DNA of 64,000 nucleotides, from contig NIVC01000266.1 in NCBI GenBank assembly GCA_002269645.1, forward strand, positions 62,001 through 126,000. Direction: 5' to 3'. The DNA is from Macrostomum lignano (lineage: Eukaryota). Positions within the stretch are counted from its first letter, which is position 1. Each line of letters starts with the position of its first letter. A program made the translations under genes and the position numbers. The notes under the pieces are model-generated. The model ran no database searches. It saw only the letters and a program-made list of their open reading frames with translations, and was not told the origin of the DNA. Positions 48,227-64,000 of the stretch are shown piece by piece.

Positions 48227-49142
48227 ATAGCCAATGACCAGTGTATTATAGTCAGAGTTCATATATGTTAATTAGGTATTAGAGAAAAGGTGATCAGAAA
48301 CCGAGTGCAGTGCAGTTGCGAGTGGACGTAGATAATAGAGAAAAACCATAGCTGCCCAGGGATTTCTATTAATCAGTCCTTTAATCCCACTCTCTTTAAT
48401 TTGGCTGCCGATTAAATGGGACTGGATGCGGGATGATAGAAACGTTGCCATAGTATCAATTTAATCAAGATTAATAATAAAAAGCTGTATACATACAGGG
48501 GACTCAGTATTGCAGCCGGTAGCTCGCTTATCAGCATACTGCATCTCTTAAATTTTATAAGCCAACTTGCCAGTATAGGAAAGTCTCGAATCAAAAGGCA
48601 AGGAAGGCCAGGATGACTCAAGAGCTGGCGCCTACACAGTTTGAGAAACAAAGAACTAAGAAGAATTCGATGAGTAATATTACAGTTCTTATTCTACTTC
48701 TAGACTGAACTCTGTCATTCAAGTTCGATGCGAGCGGGAAATCTGGGAGGTGGGGCGGGGGGCAGAACGTACAGATGCGTCCCTTGGCCCCCATCAAGGA
48801 CAAGCGGGCAGACCGTTTCTGTTCAACCGCAGAATTTTGTCTGGGGTCTCCGGGTCTGAAGGCGTCTGGGGAAGAAGGAGATTATCAAGTCAGGCTGCGT
48901 CCTGCCCAGTCCAGGGTTCGCAATAAAGAATAAAGATTATCCACTGAGCGAGCAAGTCTTTATCCAGGGCCTCCGGGGCTTAGCGTATTTCTATGGCATA
49001 TTAAATAATCTATGAAGAGAAGTTTAAAAAGTTTTAAAGCTATTACAACTTTGTCTTCTTATTACTACAATGATGCATGAAAACTGTCGTATCTAGACCT
49101 GCACTGGAAGTGATTCGAGGGAAAACTTCTTTCTAGGACCCG

Positions 49143-49416
<274 letters not shown>

Positions 49417-50410
49417 AGACAGTCTTCAGAAATCTGTAGATTTTTGCGCATCTCCTGTGTGCACCTTTCCAATTCATGAATTTATTACTTTTGAACCGAA
49501 TTTTATATAGAATTGGCATTTGTTTATTCGCCAAAACACGGATATTGCAGGTGCGCAGGTGGGTTCGCACAGCTTAATGATTTACCAAATACCAGAGGCC
49601 TCTCGGAGTCAAGATAATATACGGTGAATATAAATGAGGAAAATGGCAAAAAGATACTAAACCAAAACTCCCGCCTGGAAAGTAAATTATCCAAAGTCTA
49701 AAGTGCAGCATAACAACGCGTGCGCATATTGGACTACGTGCTAGCAACTAGACCAAATAGACCGCAATGTGTCTGATAGAGAAAATATAGATTATCACTG
49801 TTTATGCACAGTCGTGCAGGAGTGAATGTGGGAGGAAATGCCCCGAGTGGCTTTCAGTTGAGAGGCAGGCTGCTTGCCACCGCAAAAGTCGCTCCCATCC
49901 AATCCTAACAGTTACCAAAATAGCTAAACTGTATACACAGATACACAGGAACTGAGGAACCAGTGGTTTCAGTGAGGAAAAGTTTTTTGTGGTTCAGGCA
50001 TTTAGTTCAGGCTTAAGAATTGATGTAACCACGCTCTGGTCGCGGGATAGGGCATGGGAACTTTTTCGAAAGTGCCTCCTATCCCGTGCACCCTCTGCAC
50101 AGAGCTGTCGAGACTCGGCCAGGTCTCCGACCGGGCCTGGAGACTCCCGCTCTGCTGCACCTCTCCTGCTGCCTTGGTCCCGTCTCTCCTGCCGCCACAC
50201 CTGCCTTTCCGGAGCCCCTACCCCTTTCTGTACCTCCCCCTCTACCCTATCTCTTCTGTTCCCGCCCTATTCTTCCTGTACTTTCTCTACCTCCTCCTTT
50301 TTTTGTCTCCCTCTGCACTCTTTTCCTGCGCTGTCCCCTCTTTCCCTGTGTCTACTTACAGTACTTTGTGTGCTCACCGTCTCCCCATCCCCTCTCAAAC
50401 TCCCAAACGG

Positions 50411-50960
50411 TGACGCAAGTCGTGTGACCCCTTCTCCCCCTCGGTGACTCATCGATGACTCATCCCCCTCTCTTGCGCAACCTTTTCTCACGCTATTGTT
50501 CTCCTTCCCAAATTTCTCATGTGACACCCACCCACCTCCGCTTCTATTGTTCTCGTTTTTGCTTCTTTTGTTCTCTCGACCCCCACCAATTATCACATTT
50601 TCTCCGATTTTCTCTTTCTTTTGTTCTCGTTTTCGCACCTAATTATCACCTTTTCTCCAATGTTTACTTTTCCATTGTTCTCAGTTTTCCCCAATTATCC
50701 CCGATTTCCAATTCCTTTGTTCTCGACCCCAGCCCTATTGTTCTCAATGTTTGCTTGCGCAACACTTTCGCGACCACCCGCTGCGCCAATTATCCCCCAC
50801 CCCACCTCCGGATTGCGCAATTTCCCGATTTCTCATGTTGCTATGCCGGTCTCATGCTTCTCATCATGACTCATTCTGACGTCATTCTGCCGGCAGCCAA
50901 TCAGAGAGAGGGAGCCATGGTAACGACCTTGAGGAGGCGGCTGTGAGGTCTATAAAAGGA
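50411..50960 (+). promoter_or_regulatory. Candidate Pol II promoter/enhancer: bZIP-site cluster, CCAAT box, TATA box
   Basis: TGACTCA at 50445, 50456, 50867; TTGCGCAA at 50473, 50755, 50813; TGACGTCA at 50877; CCAAT at 50897; TATAAAAG at 50951. Function is inferred. Confidence 0.5.
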
Positions 50961-52249
50961 AGCGATTTCGGCATGAGAATACTCAACTGAGTTTATCTCT
51001 GTTCCTCTCCTCGTCCTTCTTTGGACTTGCTGTCAGATTGAGTTCTGACCCATTCGTCTATAAGACGAATCCCTGCCGGTCCGCGGTCTGTTACCGCCAA
51101 GTTATCCTTAGCTCCCCAAGTGAGCTCGCCTATCGGCCAGCGGTCTGATACCGCCCAGCATCATCAGCATCGCCTGATCTACATCAGCGCCTCGTCGCTC
51201 CAGCGCATCGCCGCTTCACCGTCTGCCTGACTGCAGCCTACAGCCGCCCTCGGTCACTCCGTCTCTCTCTCTCTCTGTGCAGCTGCCGGTACGTTCCTGC
51301 TACTAATTTGTGCTCTAATTGCCTTTGCTTATCCGGGGTTTGCCTATTTTCCATTGTCTGATTAGAGAGCTGAGCCAATTGTGATACCGTATCTTTTGCT
51401 GTATTTTACTCAATAGTGAAGCCGCCTAATTGCCTGACTATTTGCCTAAGGGCCTAATTATTAACCATTAACTAACTTCATCATTATTCAATCTTTCACC
51501 ATCATTTCACTCATGGCTTGCTAAGCCTTTCTCCCGGGGTGGCAAAGCATAAGGAAGTTTGGGTAAGCTAATGGCCTCTCCCCGTGCAAAGCCCGCCTGT
51601 GAGTGCGTGCTGCGGGGCCGCGTGTGCGTGCAGTAGAGGGATTAGCGAGTCTTGGCACAGAATGGCAGTAGGAAGGTTGCACCCCCATGCTAACGCGTCC
51701 CTTCGCCCTGAGCAATCTAAACTGTAGACAGTACATGTTCGCCTCATACTACTCTTAGTAATCAAAGTCGCAAGTCAGCCTCGCTCACAGCCACAAAGGA
51801 TCCCCTGCTGAGAAATCCTCCAGGATTGAGCCCAGAGTTCCCGATCATGCCCCAAGCAGAGTCCCTGTACTCGGCTGCATGCGTCTCCCCTGTTAGCCTA
51901 AATCCCCTGGTAACCAATCCAGGCGGGGCTCTAGCCTCGAGAGGTCTGGTAGAAAGATCCAGGTGCGCCAGGTCACATAGAGTGGTGGCAGCCACTCGGT
52001 CATACTATGACCGAGTGACCAACTATTGCACCTTGGCTACAGGTGGGGTCCATGTGGGTCCTTGGCCCTCTGGTCACGAAGCGCTACCAAAGCTACTAAT
52101 CATGTGGGCGGGACAGTCTGGTGCTGGAGGTCCGTCAGGTCATTGCCCGGTCATAGGCAGCCTACGGTCATTGCCCCCTCTAGTCATGCGTTCGTCTCTC
52201 TACGGAGCGGACAGGCGACAAGGGCGGTTACATCAGAATCAGATATGGT

Positions 52250-54180
52250 ACTTCAGGAGTGGAGAAACTTCGGGAGTGGAGAAGCTTCATGAGTGGAGAG
52301 GCTTCATGGGTGGAGAAGCTTCAGGAGTGGAGAAGCTTCAGGAGTGGGGGAAAGCATCAGGGGTGGGGGAAAGCATCAGGAGTGGGGGAAGCTTCAGGAG
52401 TGAAGAAGCTTCAGGAGTGGGGGAAAGCATCAGGAGTGGGGGAAGCTTCAGGAGTGAAGAAGCTTCAGGAGTGGGGGAAAGCATCAGGAGTGGGGGAAAG
52501 CATCAGGAGTGGGGGAAAGCATCAGGAGTGGGGGAAAGCATCAGGAGTGGGGGAAAGCATCAGGGGTGGGGGAAAGCATCAGGAGTGGGGGAAGCTTCAG
52601 GAGTGAAGAAGCTTCAGGAGTGGGGGAAAGCATCAGGAGTGGGGGAAAGCATCAGGAGTGGGGGAAAGCTTCAGGAGTGGGGGAAAGCATCAGGGGTGGG
52701 GGAAAGCATCAGGAGTGGGGGAAGCTTCAGGAGTGAAGAAGCTTCAGGAGAGGGGGAAAGCATCAGGAGTGGGGGGAAACATCAGGAGTGGGGAAAGCTT
52801 CAGGAGTGGGGAAAGCATCAGGGGTGGGGGAAAGCATCAGGAGTGGGGAAGCTTCAGGAGTGAAGAAGCTTCAGGAGTGGGGGAAAGCATCAGGAGTGGG
52901 GGAAAGCATCAGGAGTGGGGGAAAGCATCAGGAGTGGAGAAGCTTCAGGAGTGGGGGAAAGCATCAGGGGTGGGGGAAGCTTCAGGAGTGGGGGAAAGCA
53001 TCAGGAGTGAAGAAGCTTCAGGAGTGGGCGAAAGCATCAGGAGTGGGGGAAGCTTCAGGAGTGAAGAAGCTTCAGGAGTGGGGGAAAGCATCAGGAGTGG
53101 GGGAAAGCATCAGGAGTGGGGGAAAGCATCAGGAGTGGGGGAAAGCATCAGGAGTGGGGGAAAGCATCAGGAGTGGGGGAAGCTTCAGGAGTGAAGAAGC
53201 TTCAGGAGTGGGGGAAAGCATCAGGAGTGGGGGAAAGCATCAGGAGTGGGGGAAAGCTTCAGGAGTGGGGGAAAGCATCAGGGGTGGGGGAAAGCATCAG
53301 GAGTGGGGGAAGCTTCAGGAGTGAAGAAGCTTCAGGAGAGGGGGAAAGCATCAGGAGTGGGGGAAACATCAGGAGTGGGGGAAAGCTTCAGGAGTGGGGG
53401 AAAGCATCAGGGGTGGGGGAAAGCATCAGGAGTGGGGGAAGCTTCAGGAGTGAAGAAGCTTCAGGAGTGGGGGAAAGCATCAGGAGTGGGGGAAAGCATC
53501 AGGAGTGGGGGAAAGCATCAGGAGTGGAGAAGCTTCAGGAGTGGGGGAAAGCATCAGGGGTGGGGGAAGCTTCAGGAGTGGGGGAAAGCATCAGGAGTGA
53601 AGAAGCTTCAGGAGTGGGCGAAAGCATCAGGAGTGGGGGAAGCTTCAGGAGTGAAGAAGCTTCAGGAGTGGGGGAAAGCATCAGGAGTGGGGGAAAGCAT
53701 CAGGAGTGGGGGAAAGCATCAGGAGTGGGGGAAAGCATCAGGAGTGGGGGAAAGCATCAGGAGTGGGGGAAGCTTCAGGAGTGAAGAAGCTTCAGGAGTG
53801 GGGGAAAGCATCAGGAGTGGGGGAAAGCATCAGGAGTGGGGGAAAGCTTCAGGAGTGGGGGAAAGCATCAGGGGTGGGGGAAAGCATCAGGAGTGGGGGA
53901 AGCTTCAGGAGTGAAGAAGCTTCAGGAGAGGGGGAAAGCATCAGGAGTGGGGGGAAACATCAGGAGTGGGGGAAAGCTTCAGGAGTGGGGGAAAGCATCA
54001 GGGGTGGGGGAAAGCATCAGGAGTGGGGGAAGCTTCAGGAGTGAGGAAACTTCAGGAGTGGGGAAGCTACAAGAGTGGAGGAAGCTTCAGGAGTGGGGGA
54101 AGCTTCAGGAGTGGGGGAAGCTTCAGGAGTGGGGAAGCGAAGCTTCAGGAGTGGAGAAGCTTCAGGAGTGGGAGGAAGCA
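52250..54180. repeat. G-rich 19-21-bp minisatellite (GAAGCTTCAGGAGTGGGGGA / AAAGCATCAGG...) with a ~590-bp duplicated block
   Basis: Tandem array; the variant pattern at 52861 recurs at 53451. Confidence 0.95.
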
Positions 54181-55334
54181 AACTAGGACCGTATAAACCG
54201 ATCATAATGAATACCATTGGAAAAATTCAGAAACCTAATTGTACAGAAAGCACTCGACAGATAGGAAGTCAAAGAGAAAAAAAGGTAAAAATTGAAAAAA
54301 AAATCGAGAAAAAAGCAAGCAAGAAAAGTGATGCAGTCCTTTCCATTAAAAATTAGATCAATTTGCGAGTTAACACGCTAGCCACAGATTCTCCGAGCGC
54401 CCGGATAGGAAGTTGACTTTACTTCATGCCCATTGCCAGCTCACACTGCTGCTGCTGCATGCATCCGGGGCATCAAACAGTTCCGTCAACAACAGAAAAG
54501 CATTAGCATTAGCACGGTAATAATGTATATTCCCCCACATATATTCTGCTTAGAGAAAAGGCCCAGACAGAAGGTGCTTTAGTGACGACTGACGAGATGA
54601 GAACGCTTGCCGCTTCAAAGCTTCCGTTATAATATAGTATGACTCACGCTCAGCCTCCCAGCACTGGGATAGCGAGGGACAGAAAGAGAGATTGACTTCG
54701 TGTCCGTCAGGCCGCGCCACGAAAAGCTTGCCAAATCCAATGCCAAGTCAGTAGAGAAGAAAAGATTATAAATTGACTAGAAACTCATATTTAGGCAGAT
54801 CGGAAATCTTGCCTCGACAAAAATAGCGACCAAGGACCAACGCGGGTTCTCTATGACAGAAACCACATCGGACAGAGAACGGAAACTGATAGTTAATAGC
54901 ATATCAACAGACAGAACCAGAACCAACGCGCAGTCCTGATCCCCCTGACTACGAGTATTCGGCGAAATTGTATCCCAGTAATTAGCCATACGCTGGGGTA
55001 TTTATCCCGTCAGTCAGAAACTGACTGCGGTCTGTCAACTGGCCGCGTCACTGTCGATTTTCAAACACTTGCTCGTTCGCTGCCGAAATCCCCAATCAAA
55101 ATCTGACTTTCGCCTCTGGATAAGTTTTGGGTCGAAATTCGCGTTCGAGTAGGTTCTGCCTTGGGACAAAAAACGATTATAAAATTGCCTAACACATTTA
55201 AAATTATGCCACGAACAAAAACACTCGGAGTCCTGCTGTCCAACATCAACAATTAATTTTGTTTGGAGTGGCGCAAATGTACGAGGGTCATCACGAGGGC
55301 CAACGGACTGACATCACAACAAGAAGTCGATTTT

Positions 55335-55730
55335 TTACAGGGATTCAAAATAGGATACAATGAATTCAATGGTTCTTTTCCAGAAGAAGTCGGACGATCT
55401 GAGAGAATTCGGTGGATGCTGGATGAAGGAATTTCACTAAGTTCTGCCATTTTTTCGGACGTCCATCGGGGATCAATTTCCAGCAAACCACAGATTAGCT
55501 CAATGTCGCTCTCGGTCCGCACTTTTCTGGGTCTCCCAGATCTCGGCTCGTCCAGGGTCGAAGTGCAGCCGCTCTTGAACCGATCCTATCATTTGCACAC
55601 AGCGCGCTGGCACAGTGAATCTTTGCCGTACGCATCTACAAGCTGCCGTTGGACTTGTGCAGCTGGCGTTTCTCGCAGCCATTCAGTTGTAATGTAACAC
55701 CGCTGCTTGTTCTGCGGGTATCTCCCAACA
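55335..55730 (-). pseudogene. Mariner transposase remnant
   Basis: QRCYITTEWLRETPAAQVQRQLVDAYGKDSLCQRAVCK**DRFKSG...DEPRSGRP...IHRILSD (HTH region, two in-frame stops), fused out of frame to the C-terminal-like WKRTIEFIVSYFESL*. The DD34D core is deleted. Confidence 0.8.
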
Positions 55731-56231
55731 CCGCGACGTCGGCCGAGGAGGGAAAACAGTGGTGAGGAGAATCGCGGTTGTGACGATAAGAAAATTCCAA
55801 AAATCTTAAGTGCGCAGGAGGGGGGCAAACGGCAACTTAAACCGAGGGACTCTGTGACATCCGCCAGCTTTTCGTTTTTCGAGGAGGCTCTTCCCCCTCC
55901 TTTTCGTTCTGGCCTGGCGTGGAAGCGGCTAGCTTCCTCGTCTTGGTCTGCTGGTGGGGGACGGATCCCCCCTGCTGCTTTTTTGCGGGGCAGGTGGCTG
56001 CTAAGTAGTTGGCTGCTGGCTAAGCGCCAACTACCCATCGACAGCCCTTAGTTGCAACTGGTACCACACGGGTTCTCGAGGGCCGCTCTTGTGGGGGAGG
56101 GCTCGGGCGTCGGCTGTCAACTCGACCTGGCGCCTGTGTCCCAAGCCCGCAGCCGGCCTCCCGCCCCCTGATCTTGCAGAGTGTGGACCGGGGGCCTGCC
56201 GGAGCCTCGCCTGGGAGCAATCCTGGGATAA

Positions 56232-61107
<4,876 letters not shown>

Positions 61108-61629
61108 TCCTTGTGCTCTTTTACCTTGGGGTTGCGATAGGGGCCTCGCGGCCTATTCGCGGCGCCTGCGCCCCCCGTCAGTAGTAAGTAAGTAAGTGCG
61201 CAGGAAATGATTGCTGCTAGCCGCAGGTCAGCTGTGGTGACAGTTGCAGCCACTAGAGCGATGTCTGTGGTCGAAATCGATCGATTGCACGAACTTTTGG
61301 GATGCCCCTCGTACAAGTAGGTCTGGACTGGCCATCATACACGGAATATGTGTTCGTGTGCGCTTTTGCCAGCATAAATTTGTTGCCACGAGGCTGGCTT
61401 ATACGCGGCCTCGTAAATGCATCCAACGATCTTATCGAAGTTTTCCACTCTAAGCGAATTCAGGATGCCGACTTTACAGTCGGGCAGGTTAATAGCATTA
61501 GCCAAGATATGCGAGCTGTTAATTGCGAGAGTGCCGCTGACAGCGGGACAGGAAAAGTGAATATCACTGTAGTGCGGTGGAGTGGTTGGAGATAAAACTG
61601 AGTTACAATGCTAGTTAGGCCTGACCAAG

Positions 61630-62105
61630 CTTGCACGGCGAGTCAGTGGCGATTCTTTAATTCGAATCAGCGGCAATTCTTTAATTCGAGAGTCAGCGGC
61701 GGTTTTTTAATGCGAATCAGCGGCGATTCTTTAATGCAAGATTCAGCGGCGATTTTTTATTGCAAGAGTCAGTGGAGATTTTTTAATGAGAGTCAGCGAC
61801 GATTCTTTAATGCGAGAGAGTCAACGGCAATTATTTAATGCAATAGTCAGCGGTGATTTTTTATTGCAATAGTCAGCGGTGATTTTTTATTGCAAGAGTC
61901 AGTGGGATTCTTTAATGCCAGAGTCAGCGGCGATTCTTTAATGCCAGAGTCAGCGGCGATTCTTTAATGCCAGAGTCAGCGGCGATTCTTTAATGCCAGA
62001 GTCAGCGGCGATTCTTTAATGCCAGAGTCAGCGGCGATTTTTTAATGCAAGAGTCAGTGGCGATTCTTTAATGCCAGAGTCAGCGGCGATTCTTTAATGC
62101 AAGTC
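61630..62105. repeat. 26-bp minisatellite (GAGTCAGCGGCGATTCTTTAATGCCA)
   Basis: Tandem array, degenerate at the left edge. Confidence 0.9.
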
Positions 62106-63219
62106 AATTTTAAGAAGTCTCTTTTGATGGTGCTTTGAACTTTACGATTCTTAAAAAGCCAACAAGGAAAGCAAGTATTCAGACCCAGACTGGTCAGAAG
62201 CGATGCTCAGTGGCGGTCAGAGGCAATTCTCGCACAAGCAGGCGAGAGTGGCCATCCCTGTTCTGTACAGATTCAGTGGAGGACCTTTCCCAAGAGAGGA
62301 CAACGGCATTGTTGTTCTGTCTAATTTTATAAAACTTTTCTCTTTTAAAACCTTGACAGCTGACTAGCTAAATAAACACTATTATTGATTCCCACAGGAA
62401 ATCGTTGATACGGCTCGTATCTCTATAAAAATATGCATAAAAGTTCTTCATCGTTCTTCATAAAACCGCAGCCAGCCAGCACCCGCTGGGCCTTATCAGT
62501 GGAGCTGTCAGTTAAACCCCGGACCAAAGCGCAAAGTCGTCCAAAGAAAATCAGAAGAAACCTCTGCGGCAGCGGCCAACGTAGATTTTATATCCGCGCA
62601 ATCCATTTCAATATTAACTACTAAGAAATTTCATTAAGAACAGTCCATTAGTAAGATACTTATCATCGGCCCGTAGCGTTTGCCAGGAAAATAAAGCCTG
62701 AAGATGAAGTCAGAGATTTGCGCTTCAATAATCCTTCGGAGAGAGAGAGAGAGAGAGAGTGAGAGAGAGAGAGAAGACGGGTTTTTAGCCGTTGTTAATT
62801 TTTTTACAATCTTTTCACCTTGCCATTCATTTTCTAGCCGAGCCAAACCTGACCAAGCCGATCCCGCATTTCGTGGCCCAGTTTCAAACTCTCTTCATCA
62901 ATTCTCGCCCGGAACGAGTACCTGCATAGCCTGCCAGTCCGCTTAAGGAATCTTCGCAATTTCTCTCTTTCTTTCTTACGTGTGCTACGCGGAGATTCCG
63001 CAGCCGCCTTCCTGCAGCTACCAGTTGTTAGCTGAAGTTTTCGTTTTTCTTTTCCGTGAACCGCCTCCCCTTCCCGCGGCGCGCACCTGCGCTGCTTGAC
63101 CCCCACCTCGCCTGCTTAGCCGCATCTCCTCTCTCTGCCTCGTATCTCTCCTCTCAGGCTGCGATGCGCACCCTATTGAACTCTGCCTACGCCTGCTACC
63201 TCTCCCCTCAAACTCCCTC

Positions 63220-63625
63220 GCCCTCCCTCCTCTGCTTAGTCTTCCTATCTACCTCTCTTATCTCCCTCACCCTCTCCACATGTACCTCCCTTAGCTCCTT
63301 CGCCCTCTCCACATCTACCCCTCTTATCTCCCTCGACCTCTCCCTATCTACCTCCCTCTCTTATCTTCCTAGCCCTCTCTCTATTTACACTTTCTCTTAT
63401 CTCCCTCACCCTCTCCACATCTACCTCCCTCTCATCTCCCTCACCCTCTCCACATCTACCTCCCTCTCATCTCCCTCACCCTCTCCACATCTACCTCCCT
63501 CTCATCTCCTTCACCCTCTCCACATCTACCTCCCTCTCATCTCCCTCACCCTCTCCACATCTACCTCCCTCTCATCTCCCTCACCCTCTCCACATCTACC
63601 TCCCTTAGCTCCCTCACCCTCTCCT
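63220..63625. repeat. 35-bp CT-rich minisatellite (CTACCTCCCTCTCATCTCCCTCACCCTCTCCACAT)
   Basis: Tandem array. Confidence 0.88.
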
Positions 63626-64000
63626 CTACCCCGGGGCTACTACCTCACCTATCCTAATTAGTCCTCTTTTATCTCTGCAGGTCAATCTTATCTCCCATTC
63701 TCAATCCCTTGTAGTAAAACTTGGCATCTTGAAAAGTGAAAACAATTAGTAAAGCGCATTACGTCATACAATCGATTTTTCTACCTGCCTTTATTAATTC
63801 ATTCATCACTTGACTTTGGTTAGGTCAGGATTATCGCCTACCAAATGTGTGTGTATGCATACTGATGTGTGTATATATACTGAAGCGCTGATATCAAATT
63901 ACCGAAACCGCAGCTGATGGTAGCCAACAATCAATGCCTGTATGGGCCGACTGTCCGTCATCGCAAGCCCCCCCCCCAGAGTTTGAAGGAGTTTCTACAT

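Noticed and set aside
50423-51660. TGTG...CACA-bounded solo or 5' LTR with a PBS-like TGGCAG after it
   Set aside because: No TSD, second LTR or gag-like ORF was found; retained only as a promoter-like cassette.
51826-54356. 345-aa and other ORFs running into the 19-21-bp array
   Set aside because: Mostly repeat translation; the unique N-terminal part has no recognisable domain.
55819-56175. HDV-like ribozyme at the 5' end of LINE 2 (AGGGGGC could pair with GCCCCCT at 56163-56169)
   Set aside because: No P3/L3 (UYCNCGY-type loop) directly precedes the putative P1 3' strand and no P2 or J4/2 could be placed; only the P1-like pairing is present.
62100-63110. Short open frames with possible splice sites on both strands
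   Set aside because: Strand and frame are ambiguous and no family motif was recognised.

Overview
This is eukaryotic (metazoan) genomic DNA with GC-rich exons and GT-AG introns. The repeat load and style resemble the flatworm Macrostomum, but that attribution is inference only. Three spliced genes can be assembled by hand: (1) a two-exon neprilysin/M13-family type II membrane protein lacking HExxH (+, 6196-9039); (2) a five-exon LRR-ROC-COR (MFHAS1-like ROCO) gene without a kinase domain (-, 29130-20904); (3) an ADAM with pro, metalloprotease, disintegrin, Cys-rich, EGF, TM and tail regions but no HExxH (-, 46651-38414; 5' exons unresolved). Mobile DNA includes two full-length LOA/R1-like LINEs (ORF1 plus APE-RT-RNase H ORF2, 13-bp TSDs, TAAG-type tails), a 2.6-kb Ty3/Gypsy element with identical LTRs that lacks RT/RNase H and sits exactly at the ORF1 stop of the first LINE, an internally deleted mariner hosting the second LINE, a 671-bp inverted-repeat element, and a hAT-like end expanded into a 43-bp satellite. 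About 25 distinct tandem arrays occur, nearly one per intron. The most striking observation is an HDV-like self-cleaving ribozyme fold whose G1 is the first base of the first LINE. Both LINEs also carry a splice-acceptor-like TTTCAG just upstream of the ORF1 ATG. Many single-base frameshifts may be assembly errors.
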